64,000 nucleotides of DNA, from NCBI GenBank assembly GCA_963837175.1, contig CAWIMJ010000016.1, forward strand, positions 96,001 to 160,000. Reading direction: 5' to 3'. The notes under the pieces were generated by a model. That model saw nothing but the letters and a program-made list of their open reading frames with translations. It was not told the DNA's origin and did no database searches. A program made the translations under genes and the position numbers. How positions within the stretch are numbered: position 1 is the first letter of the stretch; every line of letters starts with the position of its first letter. Positions 11,899 to 23,158 of this stretch are shown piece after piece. This stretch comes from an uncultured Nitrososphaeraceae archaeon. GTDB lineage: Archaea > Thermoproteota > Nitrososphaeria > Nitrososphaerales > Nitrososphaeraceae.

Positions 11899-12822
11899 TT
11901 GTCTGATAATTGTTTTTCGAGTATTAAGTGAATTATTTTTATATGCTCTGCAGGATATTTTTTTTAGCGATATCTATCATAAAATTAACAAGATAAAATT
12001 GTATATTAATTCTAACCTATGTTGCTGACAAGCAGAGAAAGAGTTCGTTGGCCTATTATTTTTTCCAGTATTCTGACATTTCTAAATGATGTTTTTGATC
12101 TCGTATCCTGATTTTGCAAATCAGGGCCTTCCAATTTAGCTATTACCAATTAACTTTTATCTTTTCATTATTTATTGAGTATATGTACTTCTTTATTACT
12201 TGAATCTCCATACTATTATTTTCTCTTACTGGTTTTCATACTATTTTCGTTGGAGAAGCAAAGCCACAAATTGCTCCTATTTCATGAACAGTATTACCAT
12301 TTTGTTGAGATAAATAGATTAAATTTTATAGCCATTGTCGACAGCAGTTAAACGGTCATTGTCTGGATCGGTAAAACGTAGGAAGAAACCTGATATTATC
12401 ACATTTATGAAGCACTTTCCAATGTAGTTGTGACAAGTAGAAGGTGGAGAGATTGCTGGGTACATTCCTGACTGTCATCCTTACAAGTAATCCATAAAGC
12501 CCTCAAAGACTCAAAATCCATATTACAAGGTTCTATGTTGCAATACCTACCTATTCCATTTGCTTCCAAAAGGCCCTACAATTACTGCATACCTAGTTGA
12601 CATACCCATGATTAACTCCTTTTTTGTCACGTGAGTCGGAGGCTTGTAGAGTTACTCACAGCGGAATACAGGTATAAGTAATAATCTTATAATTATATTT
12701 ATATAGAAATATTATTATCATAACATTAGCAACGTTTTTTATTATTATACCTGTATATTTCCAATTATAAGGGCTCCCTGTTTTTGCGTATTATTTACAA
12801 GCCTTAATTGGACTTCCAAATA

Positions 12823-12877
12823 GTCATTACCACATCATTACCACGTCATTACCACGTCATTACCACGTCATTACCAC
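12823..12877. repeat. Intergenic 11-bp tandem repeat (RTCATTACCAC) x5
   Basis: gtcattaccac/atcattaccac/gtcattaccac x3, no spacers. Confidence 0.95.
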
Positions 12878-13104
12878 ATATAGGTTGTTTGCTGAATTTC
12901 AGTGTAGCGATGATGGAAAGTTTAACACAAATTCACGTGGCCGCCCTTTATATGCAAAGGTTTCGATTACTATAATAATTAATGAACTAAAATACATCTA
13001 AGTCATGAGAGGCAGAGAATCATCTTTCAGCATAATTTTTTTATTTCTAGAATTATAAAGCTTGAACTTTATGTTATCTTATATGTAGGTTTAGTGTATA
13101 TTAT

Positions 13105-13437
13105 GTGATCTTTTTGATACAAAATAGTTTTCCGATGAGGGAATGGCACGTTGAACACATGGAAAAAATAATTGTGAAATACATAAGAGGATTATCGGAG
13201 AATGCTTCTGCATGGGAGAAGAGGCAGCACAAACGATACGGCAAAATAACAAATACATGTAGAAGTATTGACTATGATATCAAGCACGGAGTTACACATG
13301 AAGAAGTTCTTTTGCTTTTACAAAAAATTCGAAACCATTCGTCTTTTTCTAGTCTTCGAAAAAATGAAGGATCTATAGAAAGATTAGATGAGGTAGAAAA
13401 ATACTTTGTCCCATCCAAACGGACGAGCTGGCAGTAA
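13105..13437 (+). CDS. Hypothetical protein
   Basis: 110 aa basic helical ORF (MREWHVEHMEK..WEKRQHKRYG); start uncertain. Confidence 0.7.
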   Translation: MIFLIQNSFPMREWHVEHMEKIIVKYIRGLSENASAWEKRQHKRYGKITNTCRSIDYDIKHGVTHEEVLLLLQKIRNHSSFSSLRKNEGSIERLDEVEKYFVPSKRTSWQ

Positions 13438-13779
13438 TATCAACTCCCAACTTAGATTGTATATACATAGATGTATATGATTATATGTATAATTTTTACA
13501 TAATATAGAGATAATATTATAATATTTACCATGGAAATGTTTGTCATAACGAAATATGTCAAAATGAGTTTGAATATAGTATAAAAGTAAATTATCATTA
13601 ATCATGATAATAGTATAATTCTTACTTATGAAGGCAATACAATAATTCAACTCTACCAATAAAACAAATTTGAGGTTATCCATTTATCCTTTAGCGTTTG
13701 ATAGCAAAATAGTTGGAGTCCCACTCATTTAACAATATTATATGAGATCTTACAATTAAGATAACTACATTTATACTTA

Positions 13780-14598
13780 ATGATGAAAAAATTATATATA
13801 TTGATAAATAATCCAGTAGCTATCTTCGATTCTGGTATAGGGTCGCTATCAATAATCCAAGAGTTAAAAAAAGAAATACCGCATGAGAATTTATTATATT
13901 TTGCTGATAAGGCACACTTTCCGTATGGAAATAAATCACCGGGGCACTTGCGCGATATTATATTAAGCACTGTAAACTATCTAGAAAGATATAAGCCAAA
14001 ACTAACCATAATTGCTTCTAATACTCCTTCTATAACAATATTAGATGAAATCAGGCGGTTGGTAAATATACCTTTAATAGGAGTTAGACCACCTTTAAAA
14101 GAAGCGTGTCGGTTAACAAAAAAGAAGCATATTGGAATAATGGCTACCGAACCGACAATCATTAGTAAGGAACTTGAAAATCAGATTCGAAGAGAAGTAC
14201 CTCAAAAGATCCTTGTCACAAAGTTTAATGCTTCACCTATAATAGAATTAATAGAGACTGGAACTTACATTTCTGATGAGCGCAAAACATTTAATACAAT
14301 AAACAAGATATTAGGCTATGAAGTAGATAAGGAAATCGATGTGATTACTCTATCCAGTACGCATCTTCCTTTTGTAAGACCCTATCTTTATTCTCTTCTG
14401 CCTACTATAAAATTTGTAGATTCTGCGAAAATTGTAGCAAAAGAGGTTAGGAAATATTTAGCTTTTAATAGAATGTTAAAGAAAACGGGTAACAGCAGAT
14501 TGCAAATACTTGTTTCTGATGGAAAAAAACAGTTTCAAGAAATAATACGAGCTATGGGAGTTAGAGAACCTGTAGAAGAGGTATTTCTTACCTTTTGA
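13780..14598 (+). CDS. Glutamate racemase (MurI)-fold protein with both catalytic Cys replaced by Ser
   Basis: AIFDSGIGSLS, YFADKAHFPYG, IASNTPS (canonical ACNTAS), LSSTHLP (canonical LGCTHYP). Confidence 0.9.
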   Translation: MMKKLYILINNPVAIFDSGIGSLSIIQELKKEIPHENLLYFADKAHFPYGNKSPGHLRDIILSTVNYLERYKPKLTIIASNTPSITILDEIRRLVNIPLIGVRPPLKEACRLTKKKHIGIMATEPTIISKELENQIRREVPQKILVTKFNASPIIELIETGTYISDERKTFNTINKILGYEVDKEIDVITLSSTHLPFVRPYLYSLLPTIKFVDSAKIVAKEVRKYLAFNRMLKKTGNSRLQILVSDGKKQFQEIIRAMGVREPVEEVFLTF

Positions 14599-14713
14599 GA
14601 AGATTCTGGAGTTATAAAATATGTAAAGCATAATATCATGACATATGAGTTTTGATACCATTTAAATAATGTAAAACGGAAATAGAAATTAGGCGTTCCT
14701 AAGTGGTTTTTGC

Positions 14714-16843
14714 ATGAATAAAAGAATTAGAGTTGGCATCGATGTAGGAGGAACATTTACTAAAGCTGTTGCCATTGATATAGTAGACGGAAAAATCATA
14801 GGTAAAGCTACAGTTCTCACAACTCACTCTTCCAAAGAAGGTGTAGCCACTGGGATCGTGGTAGCACTAACTGAATTAATGCAAAAGTACAATATTCAAC
14901 GCTCTAACATTGAATTGATCTCTCATAGTACAACCCAAGCAGTTAACGCGTTACTTGAAGGAGATACTTCAAAAGTTGGGATTATTGGCATGGGTGTTGG
15001 GATGGAAAAATCCAGCGTAATTAGGCGAACAAACATCAAGGATATTGAGCTGGCACCAAATAAGTATCTGAGAACGTGTTATCGTTTTTTAGATACAGCC
15101 AAGTATTTGCAAGACCAAGAAGTCGTTTCTGCAATTTCCGAATTGAAAAGAGAAGGCGCGGAGGTATTAATAGTAAGCGAAGCATATGGAGTAGACGATC
15201 CAAGTAATGAAGAATTCGTAATGAAAAAATCAGACATTCCTGCAACTGCTGGTCACGAATTAACAGGCTTATATGGTCTTGAAGTTCGCACTCTAACAGC
15301 CGCTATTAATGCAGGCATTCTTCCTAAGGCGATGAGTACTGCCCAATTTGTTGAATCGGCTGTCAAGAAAGAACAGATTGCTGCTCCAATAATGATCATG
15401 AAAGGCGATGGAGGAGTTACAGATATGAAGACATTTCGTAATATGCCGATAATAACAGTTCTTTCAGGTCCTGCTGCTAGTGTCGCAGGAGCCTTACTAT
15501 ATTTTCGTGTATTAAATGGAATTTTTATGGAGATTGGAGGTACATCAACTAATGTATGTATTATAAGGGATGGCAAACCAGAGATCAGATATGTAACTAT
15601 AATGCAGCATTCAACCTGTATCCGATCGGTAGATGTTCGGGTTGTAGGTATCGCAGGAGGGTCTCTTGTAAGATGGTCAGGTAGAAAAATAACGGATGTT
15701 GGTCCAAGATCTGCACACATCGCAGGTCTCCCGTACTCATGCTTTGCTAATATCGAAGAGTTGGAAGGAGGTCAAATTATTACCTTTAAACCAATGGATG
15801 GCGATCCTATGGATTATGTTGCTATAGAGACAGGCGGTGGTAAACGCTTCGCGATAACAAATACATGTGCTGCCAATGCATTAGGATTAATTCCAGAATT
15901 CGATTATGCTCATTCAAATCAAGAGACAGCAAAACTTGCGCTATCGATTCTGGCTCAAAGGATTGGACTTACAACTCTAGAAGCAGCGAAATCTGTTCTC
16001 GAAATATCAGCCAAAAAGATACTTGAAATCGTTGAACCAATGCTCAGAGAGTACAAGTTGAAGAAGGATCATATTGTAATTATCGGAGGTGGTGGTGGAG
16101 CATCAGTATTAGTTCCTTATCTAGCACAGAAATTACATATCAAGTACACGATTTCTGAGCATTCGGAAGTGGTATCTTCTATAGGTGTTGCAGCAGCAAT
16201 GATACATGAAGAACGTGAGAAGACAATCACTAATCCTAAACCAGATGATGCTTCTTCATTAATCGAAGAAGTAAAACAAATTGCTCTTAACCGTGGTGCT
16301 ACTCCAGAATCACTTATGCTCCAATCCGCCTACATCAGTGAGAGATCATTACTTCGTGTAACAGCAGTAGGCAATGTTAGTCTAGATATAGGCAATACAA
16401 GCACAAAGAAAATCAATTATGAAGAAGCGAGAAAGGTGGCATGTGAGTTATTTGGAATTAATGAAGGAGTGCATTACATTTTTGACACGGAACACTATCA
16501 TGTATTTGCTTGTGAGATATACAAAAAAAAATTATTCCTGAAATCGAGAAAACATCCAGTATTGGTGTTGGACAAGTTCGGCCGTGTAAGACTATTTCTC
16601 GAAAACGCGGCAACAATCAATGGAGATCCTAAGGAAGTTGCAGATAAAATCGAATTTCTTCTGCTAAATTCAAATGGAAAATCCAATTTTAGTGATCTTG
16701 CTCCACAGATACACATTCTTGATGGTATGAAAATTGTAGATTTTTCTAGTCTAACTGCACCTGAACAAGTTTCAAAAGCAGTCAGATATGAATTGGAAAA
16801 GGTTCACAATCAGCAGGTCATTGCTATTGTAAAATTATTATAG
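14714..16843 (+). CDS. Hydantoinase A/5-oxoprolinase family ATP-binding protein
   Basis: [51 protein letters not shown]; 709 aa. Confidence 0.9.
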   Translation: MNKRIRVGIDVGGTFTKAVAIDIVDGKIIGKATVLTTHSSKEGVATGIVVALTELMQKYNIQRSNIELISHSTTQAVNALLEGDTSKVGIIGMGVGMEKSSVIRRTNIKDIELAPNKYLRTCYRFLDTAKYLQDQEVVSAISELKREGAEVLIVSEAYGVDDPSNEEFVMKKSDIPATAGHELTGLYGLEVRTLTAAINAGILPKAMSTAQFVESAVKKEQIAAPIMIMKGDGGVTDMKTFRNMPIITVLSGPAASVAGALLYFRVLNGIFMEIGGTSTNVCIIRDGKPEIRYVTIMQHSTCIRSVDVRVVGIAGGSLVRWSGRKITDVGPRSAHIAGLPYSCFANIEELEGGQIITFKPMDGDPMDYVAIETGGGKRFAITNTCAANALGLIPEFDYAHSNQETAKLALSILAQRIGLTTLEAAKSVLEISAKKILEIVEPMLREYKLKKDHIVIIGGGGGASVLVPYLAQKLHIKYTISEHSEVVSSIGVAAAMIHEEREKTITNPKPDDASSLIEEVKQIALNRGATPESLMLQSAYISERSLLRVTAVGNVSLDIGNTSTKKINYEEARKVACELFGINEGVHYIFDTEHYHVFACEIYKKKLFLKSRKHPVLVLDKFGRVRLFLENAATINGDPKEVADKIEFLLLNSNGKSNFSDLAPQIHILDGMKIVDFSSLTAPEQVSKAVRYELEKVHNQQVIAIVKLL

Positions 16844-16967
16844 TTAAAATGATATTAATTAAAATGTAAGAAAATTAGTATATACGTTAATTTATAAATA
16901 ACCGTTATTTATCGTAAATAGATTTAATGTTTTTAAGAACGAATTTGTTCTATGAATCTGTTCAATC

Positions 16968-17870
16968 TTGCAAAAAGAACTCTCGATAATAGATGGGCCA
17001 TCGTCACCAGATCTCGCTGCAAAAATAGCTCAAGATTTGCGGGCAGAATTGATCCCTGTCGATGTTCGCATATTTTCAGATGGTGAAAGTAGAATAAAAA
17101 TGGGCAATGTTAAAAAAAAAAACTGTGTGATAGTGCAGTCAACATATCCTCCTACCGATCGCCATCTTTTGCAAACACTGATGATGATAAAAAAGTGTAC
17201 TGACGACGACGCAGCAGATATTTGTACTGTCGTCCCATATATGGCCTATTCACGCCAAGATAGGGCATTTCAAGGTGGAGAAGTTATTAGCATGGAATTG
17301 ATTGCAAAACTACTAGAGGCTGCCGGAAATAAACGATTGATAACAATAGACATTCATAGTCCCCTGGCATTATCATATTTTAGTATTGATGTCCAAAATA
17401 TTTCTTCAATTCCCCTTTTAGCAAATTATGCAGCCAGTAATATGAAACTTAATAGAGCTGTTGTTGTATCACCAGACGCAGGAGGAATAAAACGAGCATC
17501 TGAATTTGCAAAAATATTGGGCTCTGACAGTATAGCTCTAAAAAAATGCCGCGATAGTAACTCGGGAGAGGTATTTATTGATGATAATTTAGAACGCAAT
17601 ATTGCAGAGAGAGATGTTATCCTCGTGGATGATATAATAACTAGTGGAGGAACCATAGCAAAAGCATGTCAAGTTTTAAAGAAAAATAACGCTGATAAGA
17701 TATATACAATGTGTGTTCATGCCCTATTGGTAAAAGAGGCTGCGGAAAAAATAAGAGCAGCAGGTGTAAAAGAAATAATTTCTACAAATTCCATACCCAG
17801 TCCTTATGCCAAAGTTGACATAAGTCCTATTGTGTCGGCAAGTCTTCGTTCCCTATCTCACCTACAATGA
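16968..17870 (+). CDS. prs: Ribose-phosphate pyrophosphokinase
   Basis: FSDGE, PYMAYSRQD, IDIHS, VSPDAGG, VDDIITSGGT. Confidence 0.96.
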   Translation: MQKELSIIDGPSSPDLAAKIAQDLRAELIPVDVRIFSDGESRIKMGNVKKKNCVIVQSTYPPTDRHLLQTLMMIKKCTDDDAADICTVVPYMAYSRQDRAFQGGEVISMELIAKLLEAAGNKRLITIDIHSPLALSYFSIDVQNISSIPLLANYAASNMKLNRAVVVSPDAGGIKRASEFAKILGSDSIALKKCRDSNSGEVFIDDNLERNIAERDVILVDDIITSGGTIAKACQVLKKNNADKIYTMCVHALLVKEAAEKIRAAGVKEIISTNSIPSPYAKVDISPIVSASLRSLSHLQ

Positions 17871-18596
17871 ATATTTTGCTGTTTAATACATGTCCCAAAG
17901 TTATCAAAGATTATCGCAATTTTATTGATCTTCAATTAAGTATCTATCATAATGAAGCAGCATAATAAGAAAAATTGCAAATTACCTTGTTAACGGCTAA
18001 CATTTTCTTGTCATGTAACGTTTTACATATATTTGTAGAGTCTAAAATCGTAGAAAAGGTTGTAGAAATAGGCGTTTTCATGTAAATTCTATAATAAGTT
18101 TCGAAATAGTCATGGATCTTGGTTTTTATTAGCCAAACCTTGAGCAACCATAACAAAAATAAATCAGATAAAAAATTTATTTGCCATTCTACCTAAACAC
18201 AACGGTTCTGAAGAACCTGATTTATCCTATGTAATTAAAATAATATGATAGAAGATCATTTTTCCTAGCCCTGCATTCTAATTGAAGCATAGCATCATCA
18301 AAAATCGCCACTTGCATGGTCATAAGAGACATAAATAGAGTAAAATTAAGTCAAATTATTATAACAATAACTTTGAGATATCACTTCAACCAAAAGGTAT
18401 TATATGCGAGATATAAGAAGTAAAAGCTTATTTGCATATATAAGTGAAAAATTGAATAGCTAGGTTCTCTAAGAGTATCAGCATTACGTTTTAAGGTAAT
18501 GAAAATATTCAATAAAAAATAGGATTGATATAATATGGTAAAAGAAAAAAGGATCTATTGTATATAAGAATCTGGCTCGCATTGTGACATTATTCC

Positions 18597-19526
18597 ATGG
18601 CGAATATGAGATTAATATTTCTAGGAACATCTGCTGCTGTACCTACATCAAAACGTGGACTTTCCTCTATAGCATTGCTAAGAGGTAATGAATTGCTGTT
18701 ATTCGATGCTGGTGAGGGTATGCAACGGAATTTTATAAAGGCCGGTATAGGTATGAATAAAAAAATGAAAATTTTTATTACTCATATGCATGCAGATCAC
18801 TGTGTCGGACTTCTTGGTCTCTTACAAACAATGTCTCTGCAAGGAAGAGAAAGAATGCTCGATATTTATGGTCCCCTAAGGTTACCTGAGTTTCTTAAAG
18901 AGAATATGCGTATTATGAATTTTGGATTGACTTTTAATATTAACGTTCATTTAATCAATAATGAGGGTGTAATTATAAAAGAGAATGATTATCAAGTTAG
19001 TTGTTGCAATGCGTACCATTCAGTACCTTCCTATTCATATTGCCTCACAGAATTTGAAAGACCAGGGATATTTAGTATTGAAGAAGCCAAACACTTAGGA
19101 ATTCCAGAAGGCAAACTCTATCATGAATTGCAACAGGGCCAGAATATCATATACGAAGGTAAGATTATTAAATCGAGCCAAATAATGGGTCCTTCCCGTC
19201 CTGGGAGAAAAGTAGGAATATCTGGTGATACAAGGCCCACTTCAAGACTACAGCATTTTTTTAAAGACTGCGATTTATTAGTTTTTGAATCTACATACAG
19301 CTATGAAAAACACCATAAGGCTCTCGAAAGTTTTCACTCCACCGCTACAGAAGCTGCACAACTTGCAAAAGCAGCTGGTGTTAAGAAATTAGTTCTTACT
19401 CACTTTAGCCCAAGGTATGAAGAAACTACCGACTTAGTTCAAGAAGCAAAAACTATCCATAACAATGTCGAAGCCGCTGAAGATCTGAAGATATCAGATA
19501 TCCATTATGGAGAAAAACAGAAATAA
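18597..19526 (+). CDS. rnz: Ribonuclease Z
   Basis: FLGTSAAVPT, FDAGEG, THMHADH, SGDT, HSTA, LTHFSPRY. Confidence 0.96.
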   Translation: MANMRLIFLGTSAAVPTSKRGLSSIALLRGNELLLFDAGEGMQRNFIKAGIGMNKKMKIFITHMHADHCVGLLGLLQTMSLQGRERMLDIYGPLRLPEFLKENMRIMNFGLTFNINVHLINNEGVIIKENDYQVSCCNAYHSVPSYSYCLTEFERPGIFSIEEAKHLGIPEGKLYHELQQGQNIIYEGKIIKSSQIMGPSRPGRKVGISGDTRPTSRLQHFFKDCDLLVFESTYSYEKHHKALESFHSTATEAAQLAKAAGVKKLVLTHFSPRYEETTDLVQEAKTIHNNVEAAEDLKISDIHYGEKQK

Positions 19527-19893
19527 TCACCGGTTGTTGTATGACAGTAACAGAGCGGATTTGGCAGCTTTAGATATTGTGGCCTTTCTATATTAATTCG
19601 ATAAAAATTCTGTGGAGAATATTACGAAGGAGATTATACAAAATTCGATCGATTCATCTATGCCAAATTAATAATTTACAGCAATTAACGACAAGGGGAT
19701 ATTTATCAGATAAAATATATACAAGATCTTAAAACCAAAATATAGTATATGTGCTAGAGAAGTACATACCTGAAAATTTTTCAAATTTCAATTGTGTAAT
19801 TGTAAAGTGAATAGTCATCCCCTGTGAAACTTTAAAGCCACGACTAAGGAGTAGCAATGTACTCTATATGGTTCCAAAAGTGATGATAAAATG

Positions 19894-20571
19894 TTAACCG
19901 ATTACCTTGAAAAAGCTCCTGACAAGTTCTTTTTGATCGGGCTGTAATCCAATAATTGCTTCAATGAGTTCTCTTTCCATCATTATCTGTTTTGAAATCA
20001 CTGATTGCAACTTTTTACTATCCAGTGGTGTTATATTATCAATTAAGCCATTACTGTAAGCATAGATATATTCATTTATTATTTTAGATGCGAAAGATGG
20101 AGCTAATCGTATCAATAGCAATAGTCCTTCCCGCATTATATTGTCACTTTGGGCCTCATATGGAATAGAAATAATATACTTCTCCAGCATTTTCATTCTA
20201 TTGCCACCAATCTCGTCTATCGAGACGGAAACTAACAATCCTATCTCTGTCAGTTCATAGAAAGGAACACCTTCAAGCTGGAGAGCTTTGGGACCACGTC
20301 TCAGGGGCAGCCTTCCTCCTTCTTTTACAACTCCTGATGGAATTAGCACCTCATCCAGGTCCCTAAAAATTCCTGAATAGATATTCTGCCATAAAATGCC
20401 ATGTATCTTAGCTATTGCATGAGCAATTGAAGTTCTAGTACGCAATTCTGGACTTTGTTCGGTAGCAAGATGAGCAATAATCCCCCGCTCCCTCATAGCT
20501 TCGCCTGTAAACTTATTCTTTCGCGTTTTGAAAGTATCAAATATAGCAATATTACCCTTATGAGCTTTCAA
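19894..20571 (-). CDS. Hypothetical protein (possible winged helix)
   Basis: 225 aa ORF; RTSIAHAIA..GIFRDLDEVLIP..RGPKALQ..YELTEIG resembles a wHTH wing. Confidence 0.75.
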   Translation of the reverse strand: MKAHKGNIAIFDTFKTRKNKFTGEAMRERGIIAHLATEQSPELRTRTSIAHAIAKIHGILWQNIYSGIFRDLDEVLIPSGVVKEGGRLPLRRGPKALQLEGVPFYELTEIGLLVSVSIDEIGGNRMKMLEKYIISIPYEAQSDNIMREGLLLLIRLAPSFASKIINEYIYAYSNGLIDNITPLDSKKLQSVISKQIMMERELIEAIIGLQPDQKELVRSFFKVIG

Positions 20572-20889
20572 TAGATATTCATCCTAAACCCAACTTTATT
20601 TGCTTAAATAGTTATAATAATAATATTTTAATTTGTTGGTGTTTTTAACAAAACTAAATAGATTCATTTCAAGAAATTTGCCCAAGTAATAAAAAGAGTA
20701 TAAATAATATTTTTTACCAATTGTTGATATATGTGTACATTCTCAAGATAGCATTTTAAATGGATATGTACTTTTATTAGATGCCTTTTTTTGCATTTTA
20801 GAAGCAATCTTTAAGACTTGAAATTTCAAATTAAGATTAATTAATTAATTGATGATTGGTATACTAAAAAAAATGATCAAAATCCACGG

Positions 20890-21021
20890 CTAGCTTGTAT
20901 TTCTGGTTATCTTCATGTATTGGATTAACATCGCCTCCAATATTGTCGGCGACATCTCAATGAACAAAAGCTGCTGTCTTGCTAGAATTTCGGTGGACAG
21001 ATTCTTTATTTGTTTTGACAT
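20890..21021 (-). CDS. Possible 43-aa small protein
   Basis: ATG..TAG ORF MSKQIKNLSTEILARQQLLFIEMSPTILEAMLIQYMKITRNTS just downstream of the 21066 ORF, same strand. Confidence 0.35.
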   Translation of the reverse strand: MSKQIKNLSTEILARQQLLFIEMSPTILEAMLIQYMKITRNTS

Positions 21022-21065
21022 TAATAATCCGTTGCTTTTACTTGTAATCCAGAGATAGTCTTCTT

Positions 21066-21314
21066 TTAATCTGTCTCGCTTGATTTATGTGTTTCAGCTT
21101 GTATTAGGAGTTTGCCGTTAATCGTCCATTTAGCGCTTCCCAATTCTTGACCTCTTGGACCTACTGCTCTAGGAATATCTATTATGAAATTCTCAAAGGA
21201 GTAAGTTACTGATGCCCCTTTACCTGTTAATCTATCAAATAATTCTCCGATCAATTCGGCCCACTGGCTTGATGCTTGTGCTGTTTTTTCACTATTGTTA
21301 GTATCTTTACTCAT
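21066..21314 (-). CDS. Hypothetical protein
   Basis: SQWAELIGELFDRLTGKGASVTYSFENF..; internal ATG start inferred. Confidence 0.7.
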   Translation of the reverse strand: MSKDTNNSEKTAQASSQWAELIGELFDRLTGKGASVTYSFENFIIDIPRAVGPRGQELGSAKWTINGKLLIQAETHKSSETD

Positions 21315-21635
21315 AGTTACCATCATATATACACACAATGAATTTAAAAGCATACAAATTATTTCTCTTCTTATATAGTTATTACTCAATATACGTTTAT
21401 CCAAATATGATATTATTTCTTTATTGTATCCAGTCATAGTATATAATCAACGTTAAATTAAAATTTTTACCAAACCAGGAATATTCTGTTATCCATATAA
21501 TCAGATCTTCAGCGCTTAATTTGAGAAGAATCGATCAGATAATTGTGCTCTATCATGCATATATAATAAGAGGAGATTTTGTAAATAAAAAAATTTGTTT
21601 GAAATAATACTAAAAAATTTAAAATTTAGGATCTT

Positions 21636-21902
21636 TTATTTTTTCGCCGTCATTCTAAGTACATCTACTTGACCACTATGCAACCAATCCTTAAGCTCTT
21701 CATGACTTGGCTTAATATCATGTTTTCCTGCTAAATGGAGATGTAAAAGGACATAGTTAATTTGGTTTAACAACGGCTTATTTTGCTCATCCCCCTGGCG
21801 AGCTTTCTGTTTTAAATCAGCAGGTACAGTGTTCCACCAATCATTGAAACTCCTCTTTCCACCATTATTATGTTGTGAACCGAATCCCTTTGGCATTGTC
21901 AT
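21636..21902 (-). CDS. Hypothetical protein
   Basis: 88 aa ORF with protein-like composition. Confidence 0.75.
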   Translation of the reverse strand: MTMPKGFGSQHNNGGKRSFNDWWNTVPADLKQKARQGDEQNKPLLNQINYVLLHLHLAGKHDIKPSHEELKDWLHSGQVDVLRMTAKK

Positions 21903-22121
21903 ATTAAAAAAGCAGCATGTATACGAAGTTATTAAATGTATTTATTTTAAGCTCGTTAAAACTTTACTAACTTAAAATTACCAATTACTTTATATAAAAT
22001 GAAAATGGTTGTATGTATATAAAACACTAAAATGATCTGACAAATATCTAAGAGGAGTAAATACAGTTATTTAGACTTACCATCTCCTAGATTTAAATTA
22101 TCCTAAGGAGTTTAATTCATT

Positions 22122-22458
22122 ATGTCGGAAAAAACCACAACAGAACCAACAACCACAACAGAACCAACAACCACATAAAGAAGGATTTCGTGATGCGATA
22201 TACATAGGAAAGAAACCTCTGATGGCCTACGTGACCTCGACACTCATTCAGCTTGCTAATCAGCCTACAGTAACGATTAAGGCAAGGGGTTTAAGCATTG
22301 GAAGAGCGGTAGACGTTTCTCAAATCATTCTGAAGAGAATGGAGAGTGCTGGATACAATATAGGCGATGTAAGAATTGGCTCCGAAACTGTTCAATCTGA
22401 GGATGGCAGAACGCGAAACGTTTCTACGATTGATATAGAAATAAAAAGAAGCTCTTAA
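22122..22458 (+). CDS. albA: DNA/RNA-binding protein Alba (one extra A in the run at about 22129-22134)
   Basis: AIYIGKKPLMAYV, IKARGLSIGRAVDV, RNVSTIDI; removing one A joins ATG 22122 through a PQQNQQ x2 N-terminus. Confidence 0.93.
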
Positions 22459-22511
22459 GCGCTCTCCGATGCTTTTTGTTCTTATATATCTCCTAATGTT
22501 CCACTAAAGCA

Positions 22512-23138
22512 ATGGGAAGACGGGCTCTAATTTATCTTGCTCACATAAATCCGTTGACTAAGGCACATCAGACTATCATCACTTCATTTCTAAAAAAGAA
22601 TTATGATATCTATATTTTTCCAGTGAGATTTTTAAAAGATGGAAGGGAGATCAATACACGAAGCTTCCCATTTCCTTATATAGTAAGAAAAGCTATGGTA
22701 GAATCAGTATTTAGTCATAATAATAATATATCAATTTTACCAGACTATACATTTTTTTATCCTTTTATAAAATATTTGCCACCTTTAATTTCTCCTTATT
22801 CTTGGATTCTGCGAAATCAAATACTTAGAAATATTAAAGAAAATGATTTCGTTGCTTACACAGGCGATAGAATAGAGAGTATAGGATTGAAATTATACAA
22901 GCTTCATCCAATCAAATCAAAGAGACTAGAAGTTTCTGCTTCTGAGGTGAAAGAAATGTTATATCATCAAGCCATCAAAGGAACTGTATACGATGGTGAA
23001 GCATGGCGTAATAAGGTACCAGAAAAAGTTGTTGGCTTAATCAAGGAAAATTGGAAAACAATAGAGAAATATGCAAAATCGCCTGATTTCACAACGAGGA
23101 TAATGGGAATGAAGTTTCCAAAAGAAGGTCTTTTTTAG
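22512..23138 (+). CDS. HUP/nucleotidyltransferase-like protein (HIGH-motif variant)
   Basis: YLAHINPLTKAH, PFPYIVRKAM, VSASEVKE, WRNKVP. Confidence 0.75.
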   Translation: MGRRALIYLAHINPLTKAHQTIITSFLKKNYDIYIFPVRFLKDGREINTRSFPFPYIVRKAMVESVFSHNNNISILPDYTFFYPFIKYLPPLISPYSWILRNQILRNIKENDFVAYTGDRIESIGLKLYKLHPIKSKRLEVSASEVKEMLYHQAIKGTVYDGEAWRNKVPEKVVGLIKENWKTIEKYAKSPDFTTRIMGMKFPKEGLF

Positions 23139-23158
23139 AAGATTTTTATAATCCAAAA

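Noticed and set aside
12823-12877. 11-bp array as a mini-CRISPR or replication-origin box array
   Set aside because: No spacers, no G-string ORB motif and no cdc6/orc1 nearby.
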